64,000 bases of DNA from an uncultured delta proteobacterium (GCA_963761335.1 CAVXGR010000011.1:32001-96000), one strand, 5' to 3'. Counted from the stretch's first letter, positions 10,471 to 21,222 are shown. The notes: generated from the sequence alone by a model not told the origin. Numbers and translations: made by a program.

Positions 10471-11634
10471 ATGACCATCAACCCAGAGGAGCTCGAGGCT
10501 TTGGCGGGCGATGCCTGGGCGATCACCCCCGAGCTCTACCGTTGGATCCGAGATCGCTTCGAGCCGAATCGGCGACTTCTCGTGTTCGGCAACGGGCGGG
10601 GAACCAGGATTCTCGCCAAGCACTACCGGGTCGTCTGCGTCGAGCACGATCCAGCGTTCATGGACTCGGAGGGCTACGAGGCTCTGCTGTCGGCACCTCT
10701 CGTCGACGGCATCTACGATACAAGTGTCTTGCGGAGTCTCGAGGAGCGCGGCCCCTTTGATCTGGTCGTCATCGACGGCCCTCCCGGACACGTCTGCGAT
10801 CGGGGTCTTCTGGTCGAGCATTTTGCATCCTTCTGGCGACGGGGCACGCGGGTCGCCATCGACGATACGAATCGTCTGCGCGAAGCTCGGCTGGTGGAGA
10901 TGGTGAGATCTCGGTTCCCGTGCATGTCCGAAACCGTCACATCCCGCGACAGAGAGACCGTGGTCCTATGGCCGTGCAACCACTTCCTCAATGAGATCGC
11001 CGACAGCACGGTGGTCATCAGCCTCCGGTCGCGGCCCGACAGGCGCCGGCACATCGGCGCGCACTTCGCCGATCTGGGCATTCGCTTTCGCTATCTCGAC
11101 GCGATCCGGCCGGCGCCCGACGATGTGTCGTGGAGTGAGATGCGGTACATGGAGGCCTACGGATTCTTGGAAAACCTGAGGAACGACTACATCCTCGGCG
11201 CCGTCGGCTGTAAACGGTCCGCGATCGCCGCGCTCGAAGAGTTCGTCGATTCCTCGGAGACGACCCGACTGATCGTCCAGGACGATTGCGTGTGGCAGCC
11301 CGAGGCCGAGGCCCTCATCCGTCGAGCCTGGCGAGAGCTGCCGGACGACTGGGACATGCTGTATTTTTCCGCCAGCAACCGGCAACCGCCGTCTCCCGTC
11401 AGCGCGCATCTGACCCGCCTGCGCGGCGCCAGGCATTGCACCGCGATTCTGTTTCGAAAGCGGCGTGCCCGAGAGCTTCTCGACGGCCTGAGGAGGTGCT
11501 CGACGGAGCTCGACGTCTACATGGAGAAGGCCCATCGAGAGCTCAACGCCTACTGCGTCACGCCGATGGTTGCGCGGCAGGTGATCAACCGCAGCGACAT
11601 CGTCGGCGGAGTGATCAACCAAGCCCCGGGATGA
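10471..11634 (+). CDS. Fusion of a class I SAM methyltransferase-like domain and a GT25-like glycosyltransferase
   Basis: N-half VFGNGRGT / VEHD / FDLVVIDGPP; C-half VISLRSRPDRR...F.YLDA...GC.RS...IVQDD...WDMLYF. Confidence 0.75.
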   Translation: MTINPEELEALAGDAWAITPELYRWIRDRFEPNRRLLVFGNGRGTRILAKHYRVVCVEHDPAFMDSEGYEALLSAPLVDGIYDTSVLRSLEERGPFDLVVIDGPPGHVCDRGLLVEHFASFWRRGTRVAIDDTNRLREARLVEMVRSRFPCMSETVTSRDRETVVLWPCNHFLNEIADSTVVISLRSRPDRRRHIGAHFADLGIRFRYLDAIRPAPDDVSWSEMRYMEAYGFLENLRNDYILGAVGCKRSAIAALEEFVDSSETTRLIVQDDCVWQPEAEALIRRAWRELPDDWDMLYFSASNRQPPSPVSAHLTRLRGARHCTAILFRKRRARELLDGLRRCSTELDVYMEKAHRELNAYCVTPMVARQVINRSDIVGGVINQAPG

Positions 11635-11811
11635 GAGCTCGATTCGCGACGGCTTCTTCTCATCGCTCCCGACTTTCTTCGCGGATTTCAACGAAACGGC
11701 ACGACCTCCGAGCGCGGATCAAACTTCGCCTCGGCGATGGACGAGCCCCTCCCACTTGCGCGGCACTGGCGCCCCTGCTTCAAGCGGCGCCAAAACAAGA
11801 GAGGATTCATC

Positions 11812-13077
11812 ATGAGGCCATTGGCCGTGAGCGCAGTCGCGTTGATGGTCGCCGTGTCGGCTGGCTGCGGCGGCAGCGGCGTCGAGGTGGAGATACTCAG
11901 CTCCCCTACCCCGCAGCTCACCCATCCGAGCAGCCCCACCTCCACTCCGGCACCCGGGGCGCCGACGCCGACCTCCGGTTCCGCAGCCCCGACCGACACC
12001 CAGGAGCCGACCGCGACTGCGACCGCGGTGCCGTCCAAATCACTGATCTTCGTCAGCGCCGCCGGCAGCGATATCAATCTCGGGACCGCCGCCTCGCCCC
12101 TGGCCTCGATCAGCAAGGCGGCGCAGCTCGCCGAGAACGGCGCCATCATCGTGGTGGCACCGGGAACCTACTTCGAGTCGGTCACCACCCACCGCTCGGG
12201 CGGCACCCCTCAGGACCTGACCTTCATCGCCGACACCAGCGGCGAGCTCTCCGGCGTACCCGCAGGCAACGTGGTCCTCAGCGTCCCCGAGGCCACACCC
12301 GCACCCGGACAGACGCCGGCGCCGGTGGTCGGCTTCAGCCTGCGCGATTCGCCGGGCACGGCCATCGACGGGTTCCATATCACCGGAGCCACCGGCGGCG
12401 GCGTGGTCGTGAACAACAGCCCGGGGGCGCGGGTGCAGAACTGCGTCCTCTTCGGCAACAGCGGAGCGAACGGCGACGGCATTCGTCTGCAGAACGTCTC
12501 CGGGGTTCTGCTGTTCAACAACCTGATCTACCTGAACTCGAATGCCGGCATTTCGATCGTCGGCAATCCCGGCTCCCCCGACACGCGCGCGATCAACAAT
12601 ACCCTGTACCGCAACAGCAGCCGCGGGGTGACCGTGGGCACGACCTCGGCGGCATCGACCGGGGCCTTTCTGCGCAACAATATCCTCCTGGGCAACGCCG
12701 ACGGCTCGAGCGCCCCGCTCAATATCAAGGTCACCGCCATTACCGATCCGCCGAGCACCATGGGGTACTCCGGCGACTTCGACCTGGTGCTGCCGGCCAG
12801 CTATTCACCGGCGGACATCGCCGGCGCCGACGACATCAACAGCGATCCGATGCTGGTCTCGGCAGATGCCGAGCCGCCGGACGTGCATCTCGCAGAGGGC
12901 AGCCCGGCGCGCGATGCGGGCAGCAGCGACCTCGGAGACAACCGGCTGGTGCAGTGCCTGCACGCTTGGAGCACTGCGATTGGAGGCGGCGCCGATGACG
13001 GCGCCGTCGATCTCGGCTACCACTATCCCGCCGGGGATCTCAGGCAGCTTCACTGCGGCGTGAAGCTGCCCGAGTGA
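11812..13077 (+). CDS. Lipoprotein with Pro/Thr linker and right-handed beta-helix domain
   Basis: Lipobox VSAG|C; PT-rich linker; FVSAAGSDINLGTAASPLASISKA...VAPGTY; NNLIY/NNTLY repeats; DLGYHY; RBS GAGG. Confidence 0.85.
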   Translation: MRPLAVSAVALMVAVSAGCGGSGVEVEILSSPTPQLTHPSSPTSTPAPGAPTPTSGSAAPTDTQEPTATATAVPSKSLIFVSAAGSDINLGTAASPLASISKAAQLAENGAIIVVAPGTYFESVTTHRSGGTPQDLTFIADTSGELSGVPAGNVVLSVPEATPAPGQTPAPVVGFSLRDSPGTAIDGFHITGATGGGVVVNNSPGARVQNCVLFGNSGANGDGIRLQNVSGVLLFNNLIYLNSNAGISIVGNPGSPDTRAINNTLYRNSSRGVTVGTTSAASTGAFLRNNILLGNADGSSAPLNIKVTAITDPPSTMGYSGDFDLVLPASYSPADIAGADDINSDPMLVSADAEPPDVHLAEGSPARDAGSSDLGDNRLVQCLHAWSTAIGGGADDGAVDLGYHYPAGDLRQLHCGVKLPE

Positions 13078-13265
13078 GTCGAGTCGCGCAAGCCGCGAGA
13101 CAATCACAGCGCCGGCCTGTCGTCTCGGCGCCAGAGAACGGTGGTCGGGCCGATCACACTGCCATGAAGCGAGGTTGCTGTCGGAGAACGCGCCTCAGGC
13201 CTACTTGAAGCCCGCGCAGATCGGCGCAGAATCAATCTGAAAATACGACTTCAGAGGAGGCATTC

Positions 13266-14297
13266 ATGGCAACGACAAGCGCGGTTGCGGCAATGAAGGT
13301 GGCGCAGATTCCCAAGGCGGGAGCAGACTTCCAGATCGTCGAGCGCGAGATTCCTCAGCCAGGTGCGGGGCAGGTCCGGATCAAGGTGCAGGCCTGTGGT
13401 GTCTGCCACAGCGACGTGCTCACGAAAGAGGGCTCTTGGCCCGGAATTCAGTATCCCCGCGTCCCGGGACATGAAGTGGCGGGCGTCATCGACGAACTGG
13501 GCGCCGGTGTTTCCGCGTGGAAAATGGGGCAACGCGTCGGTGTCGGCTGGCACGGTGGTCAGGACAACACGTGCGTCCCGTGTCGGCGCGGAGACTTTCG
13601 CAATTGCCGGAATCTCAAGATTCCGGGCATCAGCTATGATGGCGGATACCAGGAGTACATGCTGGCTCCCGTGGAGGCGCTGGCGGCGATACCGGACAGT
13701 CTCAGTGCCGCCGAAGCGGCACCGCTTCTCTGCGCCGGAATCACCACCTACAATGCGCTGCGGCACAGCCGCGCGTTCCCCGGCGACCTGGTTGCCATTC
13801 TGGGCATCGGCGGTCTGGGCCACCTCGGAATTCAATTCGCAAACAAGTTTGGCCACAAGGTCGTGGCGATCGGGCGCGGGGCCGAAAAGGCGGCGCTCGC
13901 CAAGAAGCTCGGAGCGAGCGCGTACATCGACAGCAAGTCGACGAACGCCGCAGCGGCGTTGCAAGAGCTGGGTGGCGCGCAGGTAATTCTGGCGACAGCC
14001 CCAAGCTCGAAAGCGATGGCTGAGTTGATCGACGGCCTGGGGCCGAACGGCACGCTCATGGTGATCGGTGTGACCTTTGATCCGATTGAGGTTGCGCCGG
14101 TACAGCTCATTTCCGGAAGTCGAACGATTCAAGGCTGGGCCGCGGGAACACCAGCCGACTCCGAGGATACCCTGCGCTTCGCCGAATTGACCGGCGTGCG
14201 TTCCATGACTGAAACATATCCGCTCGAAAAAGCTGCCGAGGCCTATGCGCGAATGCTGAGCGGCAAGGCGCAGTTCCGCGTCGTCCTGACGATGTGA
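13266..14297 (+). CDS. Zinc-dependent alcohol dehydrogenase (AdhP-like)
   Basis: GVCHSD, GHE, APLLCAGIT and GIGGLG motifs; RBS GGAGG. Confidence 0.95.
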   Translation: MATTSAVAAMKVAQIPKAGADFQIVEREIPQPGAGQVRIKVQACGVCHSDVLTKEGSWPGIQYPRVPGHEVAGVIDELGAGVSAWKMGQRVGVGWHGGQDNTCVPCRRGDFRNCRNLKIPGISYDGGYQEYMLAPVEALAAIPDSLSAAEAAPLLCAGITTYNALRHSRAFPGDLVAILGIGGLGHLGIQFANKFGHKVVAIGRGAEKAALAKKLGASAYIDSKSTNAAAALQELGGAQVILATAPSSKAMAELIDGLGPNGTLMVIGVTFDPIEVAPVQLISGSRTIQGWAAGTPADSEDTLRFAELTGVRSMTETYPLEKAAEAYARMLSGKAQFRVVLTM

Positions 14298-14561
14298 AAT
14301 CATTCCGGCCGACTCAATCGCGCCCGCTCGCTTGCGCCTTCGAGCAAACGACCGGGCTCGAGATCACGACTTCGGCAATCGCCGAGCCGTGCCAAAATCT
14401 CCGCGCGGCACGGCCTCAAAGCGATTCCACCAGTGGCTCGCCGGCGTTGGCCGAACGCGGCAACGATTCTCGTTGACAGGGACTCGTCGCCCGCACTAGG
14501 TAGATAACGTCACCAGAAAATAGTCGCAGCACCCACCCAGAAACTTTCGGAGGAGAATCTG

Positions 14562-17202
14562 ATGGATGGACTGCGCGGTACGGGCTCTCGGGGCTCCACT
14601 CGGTGGAATGTGGCGATCGGCATGCTGGCGGCCTGCATCGCCTGCAGCGCCGGAGCCGTTGCGTGGGCGCAGTCGGGGCCGAGCATCCAGATCGTCGGCG
14701 TCCCGGAGAACCGCATCGGCAAGGATCTTCAGGACGAGTTCGTCGCCGCCTTGGTTCCCCCGGTCTCCGTCGGCACGCAGGTGCTCATCAAGGCGAGCCC
14801 GACCGAGGTGTGCCGCGTATCCTCGGCCGATGATCTCCCGGGCACAGCGTTGAGCGCCGACGATCCGCCCAAATCGCTGCTCATCCGCTTCGTCGGAGGT
14901 CTCGAACGGCGTGGACTCGGGCATGTGCGTCATCGCGCCCATCGCCGAGGGAGACGACGCGACCGCGAACGACTCGCTGTTCCTCCGTCCCATCAGCAAC
15001 GGAGATGCGGTGGTGACGGCGGCGGCCCCCAACTTCATTCCAGCCGAGGAGGAAGCCGTCGCCGTGGCGGCGGCGGTCATCGACCTCCACAGCCACAACA
15101 ACCCCGATGCGGTCGGGGCCGCCCTGCAGGATACCTTCACGGTGAAGATCGACCCGAAGGCCGCCCCCGCGGGCGGGGTGCCCGTCACCATCGAGGTGAT
15201 GCCGGACAGCCAGAGCAACTGCGCCATCACCGACGACGATCAGTCGGCCACTCAGGGCACCACCCTCCAGCTGACGATCGCGAAGGGAAAGACCACCGAG
15301 CATTTCGTGGTCCGCGGCCTCGTCGATCCGCTGTCGCTCGGAGAGGACGAGCAGCTTCCCCGTCATCTGCAGGCCAGCTCCACAGATCCGAGCTACAGCA
15401 CGCCGGACGAGATCGAGATCCCAATCGTCAAGCCGGCCGTGCGCGTCTTCGAGCTGGGGTCCACCACCACGGTTGCCAGCGGCAACGATCCGTTTCGCGT
15501 CGACCTGGGCGTCCCCAACGCCGGGCAGGACAAGCTGCAGCCACGGCAGTCACCGTGGAACGCCCTCGGGCAGGCGGTGGAAGCGTGCAGCTCCGACTCC
15601 AACGTCGCCATCATTCAGCCGCAGCCCAGCCCGACTCCGCCCTATGCGGATTGCGTTTCGCTTACCGCGCCCCGCGGCAGCACCAACGCCACGGGCTTCG
15701 AGCTCGATCCCCAGAGCCCCGGCTTGGTGAACGTCTATGCCAAGGCCGACGGCTTCATCTCGATCGCCGGCGTCGACGTCGACGTCGCCAGCGCCGTGCT
15801 GCGGTTCCCTCCCCGCAATCAGAACCTCATCGGTGCCGGTCTGATGGACACCTTCGTAGTCGACTCGAGCGCCGTTCTGCCGGTGGATACACCGATCACC
15901 ATCACTTCGGAGACGCCCGACTACTGCCTGGTGGCCGCCGACGAAAACTCTCTCCCCGGCAATGATATGGCAGTGCCGCCAGACTCGACGACGGTGACCA
16001 TCCAGGCCAACCACAGCCAGAAGAGCTTCGAGATTCACGGCGTGGCCGAGGGGCTCTGCCGCCTGCGGGCGGAAGCGCCGCCGAGCGCCAATCTCGACTC
16101 CGGCACGCAGGAGTTCGACGTCGTCAGTGCCGCGGTGCGAATCACCTCGCTGCCCTCCACCAAGAACTCGACCAACAACCAGGACGACGGCTTCAACGTC
16201 GAAATCGGGCCGCCGAAGTCTGACCTGTCGACGCTGGTCTTCACGCAGAAGGTCCGGACCGGCACCCCGGCCATGTCCTTCATGGTCTGCTCGACAGATG
16301 AGTACGCGGGCCTCATCGTTGCGCCGAACGGTGCCGCTGCGGCCTGTCAGGTGGTCGAGATTGCCGCGGGCCGCTACAACCTGCCGACGAACGCCAAGCC
16401 GAGCTTCCGCCCGACCGGGAACGGCCCGACGACGGTGCACATCACGCCGGCGCTGCCGGAGATCATCGTCACCGACGCCGGAACCGTCGACATCGATGTT
16501 TCCGGATTCGGCCTCGTTCTCAACGTCCCCGATATCGGCGCCGGCCTGCAGCGCGCCGTGTCGCTGTCGCGCACCGGCAGCACCAACACCGCGGTCGACG
16601 CATCGCTCACCACTACCACCCCAAGCCTCTGCCAGCTGAGCCTGGTACCCAACGCCAGCGGCAGTAGCTCGCTGCCGATCACCTTCGCCGCGGGACAGGC
16701 GGCGCAGACCGTGTGGGTCCAGGGGCAGGACGGCGCCACCGGAGCGTGCCAGATCCAAGCGACCACAGTGAACTACGCGTTTACGCCCGCTTCGTCGCAA
16801 GCGAACGTGGTGACGCCCGGCGTGCAGATCGTCCTGCTTCCCCCGGGAGTCGAGTACTCGGGAGACAACGTCGATTTCAAGATCCAGATCGGCGTGCCGA
16901 ATACAGACAGCTCCGGGCTCGCGGAGGCGCAGCAGGTCCGCTATGGACGCGAGTTCACCTTCACCGTCAGAGTTCTGTATCCAGCATACGCTCAGCTCCT
17001 CTCGTCGATCCCGCCGTCGCCGGGAACGGCAGTGACGGTGAAGATCTCGCAGCAGACCTACGAGAACACCGGCCTCCTGCAGTTCGACCCGATCGCCGAG
17101 GGGCTCGAGACCGTGACCATCGACACGAACCCGGAGGTGGCGCACACGACCGCCGCCGACAAGGATGTCCAGGTCTATGATCCCAACAGCGGCGGTTGCT
17201 GA
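14562..17202 (+). pseudogene. Large secreted Ig-like repeat protein (about 880 aa) with one frameshift near 14895; ends -DPNSGGC*
   Basis: Signal peptide and first repeat (IGKDLQD..EVCRV) are in the 14562 frame; the rest (IGAGLMD..DYCLV, IGAGLQR..SLCQL) is in the 14911 frame. Removing one G from gtcGgaggtc joins them (RFVEVSNGVDSG). Could be a sequencing error. Confidence 0.75.
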
Positions 17203-17306
17203 TGAAGCCGTACATTTTCGGATTCCAGACCTATTTCCTCGGCTGGGGCGTGGCCGCGATCGTGGGCGTGACGGCCGGCCTGCAACTGGCGCGACGGGAG
17301 GGATTC
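17202..17306 (+). pseudogene. N-terminal fragment of an Lgt-like (prolipoprotein diacylglyceryl transferase family) membrane protein
   Basis: MKPYIFGFQTYFLGWGVAAIVGVTAGLQLARREGF resembles the Lgt first TM segment; ATG overlaps the upstream stop (TGATG). Confidence 0.5.
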
Positions 17307-17310
17307 CGCC

Positions 17311-18501
17311 AACGGGACGCCACACCACGGCGCCGGTCGCCTCACCAACCACTGGACTCCTCTGGGCCGCTCGCCCCTGCCGCAGGGCTCCTGGACGCTG
17401 GCGGCGGGGCTGCACGCCGCCGGATACCGCACCCAGGCGATCGTCACCAATCCGTACCTCGCCCTGCGCTACGGGCTGGGGCAGGGATTCGAGGGATATG
17501 AAAACCTGACGATCGGCTCCGAAGCTTTTCTCTCCTTCGCCGACACCACGGCGGTGCGCCTGCTCTCGTGGGTCCGGCCCCAGTGGATCATCGGCGACCG
17601 CGGCGAGGCGGTGAGCGAGCGCGCCGGCAACTGGCTCGGGTCCGCGAAGCGAGACCGTCCCTTCTTTCTGTGGCTGCACTACCTGGACCCGCATCCCCCG
17701 TACAGCCGTGCCGGCGCCACGCGCCACAAGAGCCTGCGCGGCGACATGTCGTTTCAGCCGATCGGCGACGGGCACGAGCCGGTGACCCTCACCTCTCCCG
17801 ACGTCGCCCGGCTGCGCAGCGGCGAGATCCGCCTGAACGACGCCGAGAAGGAGGCGGTGCGCGAGCTCTACCGAGTCGAGGTCGCCAGCGTCGACGCCGC
17901 CGTCGGAGAGGTGCTCGAGGCGCTGGACGCGAACGGGCTTCACCAGGACACGTTGGTGATCTGCGCCGCCGATCACGGCGAGGAGTTCTGGGAGCACGGC
18001 GGCGTCGAGCACGGGCACACCGTCTATGACGAGCTCGTGCACGTGCCCCTGCTGATGCGCTGGCCCGGGCATCTGCCCGCAGGGGCGCGCGAGCCGCGAA
18101 CGGCGCGAATCACCGACGTTGCCCCGACCATCATGCAGCTCGTCGGCCTGCCGGTGCCCGCGGGTCTCGACGGCGAAGCTCTTCTGCCCCTCGGCCGCGG
18201 CGACGCGGCCCCGGGGCGAGTCGCCGTGACTGAGAACATGCTCTTCGCCGAAGAGCGGATCGGCATCCGCGTCGGCAACCACGAGTACATCCGCTGGGCG
18301 AACGGAAAGGAGGAGCTCTACGACCTGGCGCGCGATCCGCGCGAGCAGCGAGACCTCGCCGGTAGCGAGTCGAGCCTGGGTCCTCTGCGACAGATCGCCG
18401 CGGCCCTCGATCGCCAGGTGACGGCTCCGCCCGGGGCCACCGAGGCCAACATCGATCCCGGCGCGGCGAATGCGATGCGCGCCCTGGGCTATCTCCACTG
18501 A
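17311..18501 (+). pseudogene. Sulfatase-family protein lacking its N-terminus and catalytic motif
   Basis: Frame open from 17272 without a start: PHHGAG..TLA..L..AGYRT..GF..Y, PFFLWLHYLDPHPPY, ADHGEEFWEHG, HG..VYDELVHVPL, MRALGY. The N-terminal D/T-LR and C/S-x-P-S region is absent. Confidence 0.8.
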
Positions 18502-18603
18502 TGATGCGCTGGTTACGCGCATGCAGGAGGTGAACGGCGGGATCTATCAGCGTCTCCTGAGCACACCGTAAAGTTGGGCGTCGGCGAGCTCGGGGTTCCG
18601 CTC

Positions 18604-20127
18604 TCATGAAGCGCGAGACGCCTTGATCATGTCCGCACCTTTTTCTCCGATCATGATGGAGGGAGCATTGGTCGGGCCCGACGTAATCGCTGGCATGATC
18701 GATGCGTCAATCACCCGAAGCGCCTCCACGCCGCGCACGCGAAGACAGGGATCAACCACGGCCTGCGCATCCGTCCCCATCTTGCAGGTACCTACGGGAT
18801 GATAGATGGTGTCGCCGGTTTCGCGGATGTACGCCTCGAGCGCACCATCGCCAGTGACCGCCGGACCCGGTAACGCCTCCTCGGCAACAATGCCGTCGAG
18901 GGCACGCGTTCGCGAAAGCGCGCGCGCGATCTTGAGGCCCTCGATCATCAGCAGCAGGTCTGCCCGCTCGGAGTAGTAGCCGGCGCGGATGACGGGTGCG
19001 GTCTCCGGATCGGGAGATTGCAGCTGCAACGAGCCACGGCTCTTCGGCCGCAGGACGACCGACACTATCGCAAGCGCCGAGCGCTCCTTGCCATTCTGCG
19101 TCTCGACCATCGCCACCGGCAGGAAATGGAAATAGAGCTCGGGCGCGTCAAGTCCGGGGCGAACGTTGCACAGCAGCCCGGCTTCGACGAGATTGCTCGA
19201 GGTGTCGACGGCGCGATGCGCAGACGTCCAGCAGCGGAATCTCGCCATGGGATGGTCCTGCAGATTCCGGCCTACGCCCGGCAGATCCTCCAAAACTGAA
19301 ATTCCAAGGCTCCGCAAATGATCTGCCGGCCCGATGCCGGACAACATGAGCAACTGCGGGGAATTGATCGCACCTCCGCACAAAATTACTTCATTCCGCG
19401 CCGCCACCTCCTCCGTGATCCCGTTTCGCAGGTAGCGCACACCCGTGGCTCGCCTGCCCTCAAACACGATGCGCGTCGCCGCGGCTCCCGTCATGACGTG
19501 CAGGTTTGACCGGGCGCGCGCCGAATGCAGGAAAGCTCGCGCCGTACTCGAGCGTTTTCCGTCCTTGATGGTGCGCTGCCAAAGGCCCGCCCCATCCTGT
19601 CGCGCGCCGTTGAAATCGGGATTGCGCGGATGCCCCAGCTCCGCCGCAGCCTCGACGAACGCGAGTGAGTAGGGATGGGGCGCCGCCGGGTCGGTGACAT
19701 CGAGCAAGCCGTTCGCGCCGTGCCAATTTGACGCGCCGCGAGAGTTGCGCTCCGACTTGATGAAGTACGGGAGCACGTCCTCGTATCCCCAACCGGAATT
19801 GCCCAAGCTCGCCCAGTGGTCGTAATCGGCGCGGTTTCCGCGAACGTAAATCATCGCGTTGATTGCGCTGGTGCCGCCCAGAACCTTGCCCCGTGGCCAG
19901 CTGATGGATCGTCCATTCAATCCCGGCTCCGCTGCCGTGACGTAGGCCCAATCCACAGGGGTCTTGAAGAGCTGCGCAAACGCGCGTGGATCGTCGATCG
20001 CAGGAAGGTCGTCGGGGACACCTGCTTCGAGCAGCAACACGGAAACGTCCCGGTCCTCCGTCAGTCGATTGGCAACGACACAACCAGACGAGCCGGCGCC
20101 GATAACAACATAGTCGTATGTGCTCAT
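18604..20127 (-). CDS. GMC family flavin oxidoreductase (choline dehydrogenase-like)
   Basis: GAGSSG, RGKVLGGTSAINAMIY, SPQLLMLSGIG, GVGRNLQDH, YHPVGTC. Confidence 0.93.
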   Translation of the reverse strand: MSTYDYVVIGAGSSGCVVANRLTEDRDVSVLLLEAGVPDDLPAIDDPRAFAQLFKTPVDWAYVTAAEPGLNGRSISWPRGKVLGGTSAINAMIYVRGNRADYDHWASLGNSGWGYEDVLPYFIKSERNSRGASNWHGANGLLDVTDPAAPHPYSLAFVEAAAELGHPRNPDFNGARQDGAGLWQRTIKDGKRSSTARAFLHSARARSNLHVMTGAAATRIVFEGRRATGVRYLRNGITEEVAARNEVILCGGAINSPQLLMLSGIGPADHLRSLGISVLEDLPGVGRNLQDHPMARFRCWTSAHRAVDTSSNLVEAGLLCNVRPGLDAPELYFHFLPVAMVETQNGKERSALAIVSVVLRPKSRGSLQLQSPDPETAPVIRAGYYSERADLLLMIEGLKIARALSRTRALDGIVAEEALPGPAVTGDGALEAYIRETGDTIYHPVGTCKMGTDAQAVVDPCLRVRGVEALRVIDASIMPAITSGPTNAPSIMIGEKGADMIKASRAS

Positions 20128-20154
20128 GCCCTCCTCGCTATACGGTGAGTAGGC

Positions 20155-21024
20155 TCAGACGCCGAGGCGCTGCAGCAGGCGCTCGCCGGCACGCACGGCG
20201 CGGTCGAGAGCAGGCGCGCCGCGATCGCGGCGCGCCACGGCGGCGTCGAGGAAGCTCTGACACTGCGCCGTCACGCGCTCGTGTAATCGCGCCAGCGCCG
20301 TACGGCTGCGGCGTGCCGCAGCGCGGTCCCCGAGGTCGAGTGGCCTGGAAATGTCGTGAGTGATCTGCACCGGGAACGGCAGGAGCGTCGGCACGAGATG
20401 CGGACCGAGCATGCCGAACTGCAGGCGGCTGCCGCGATAGCGCTCTCCGGAGAACAGACGCAAGAGCCACACCGGCATCTCCCACGAGGACTGATAGTAC
20501 ATCTCGTCGATGCCGATCGCGGCGACGAAGAGCAACTCGGCATCGTAGCGCAGCGCCAGGCGCAGGAATCCGAAGCGGTTCTCCCATTTCAGTCGATACG
20601 GCTCGTCGCGATAGCTGCGCCGCGCCGCCTCCGAGCCGGAGCCGGGATACAGCATCAACAGTCCATCGCGGCGCAGCGCGGCTGCCGCCTCGCCCATGTG
20701 CCGCGATGGAATCATCTGATAGCGCTTGGCGATCTGGCCCAGTCCGGGCAGCCGGAAGACGAAGTTCTCGTGGCCGATGAAATGCGGGATGCGGCCCCAG
20801 CGGTCGATGAGGACGGCGGTAAAGAGGAGCGGATCGAGGACGTCGAGGACATGGTTGCCGACCAGCACTACCCGTCGTCCCCGCGCCAGCAAGGAGCCGA
20901 GCCTCTGCAGATGCAAGACGCGGTGGCGCTGATAGCGCGCCAGTACCCGCGCGTAGCCCAGGAAAAGGCGCACCAGCGGATCGCCGCGTTGCAGCGGCAT
21001 CCCAGCTCGGGAATCTCGCTCCAT
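20155..21024 (-). CDS. Lysophospholipid/diacylglycerol acyltransferase family protein
   Basis: LVGNHxxxxxD motif, LYPGSGSEA, YRLKWENRFGFLRLA. Confidence 0.82.
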   Translation of the reverse strand: MERDSRAGMPLQRGDPLVRLFLGYARVLARYQRHRVLHLQRLGSLLARGRRVVLVGNHVLDVLDPLLFTAVLIDRWGRIPHFIGHENFVFRLPGLGQIAKRYQMIPSRHMGEAAAALRRDGLLMLYPGSGSEAARRSYRDEPYRLKWENRFGFLRLALRYDAELLFVAAIGIDEMYYQSSWEMPVWLLRLFSGERYRGSRLQFGMLGPHLVPTLLPFPVQITHDISRPLDLGDRAAARRSRTALARLHERVTAQCQSFLDAAVARRDRGAPALDRAVRAGERLLQRLGV

Positions 21025-21027
21025 GGC

Positions 21028-21222
21028 TCACTGCGGCCCGGGCATGAGAATCCACAGCACGATATAGACGAGAATACCCGGGAAGGCGGCGCTCAGGAGC
21101 GAGACCAACACGTAGAGGAGACGCACCTTGGTCGGCGACCATCCCAGCGATTCGGCGATGCCGCCGCAGACACCCGCAACCCACCGATTCCGTGATCGTC
21201 GCAAACCGGTATTCGTCGCCAT
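21028..21222 (-). CDS. PspC domain-containing protein
   Basis: LRRSRNRWVAGVCGGIAE...VRLLY...YIVLWILMP. Confidence 0.92.
   Translation of the reverse strand: MATNTGLRRSRNRWVAGVCGGIAESLGWSPTKVRLLYVLVSLLSAAFPGILVYIVLWILMPGPQ

Noticed and set aside
14378..14396. TGGCAC sigma54-like motifs here and near 3160 and 34850
   Set aside because: They lack the GG-N10-GC spacing
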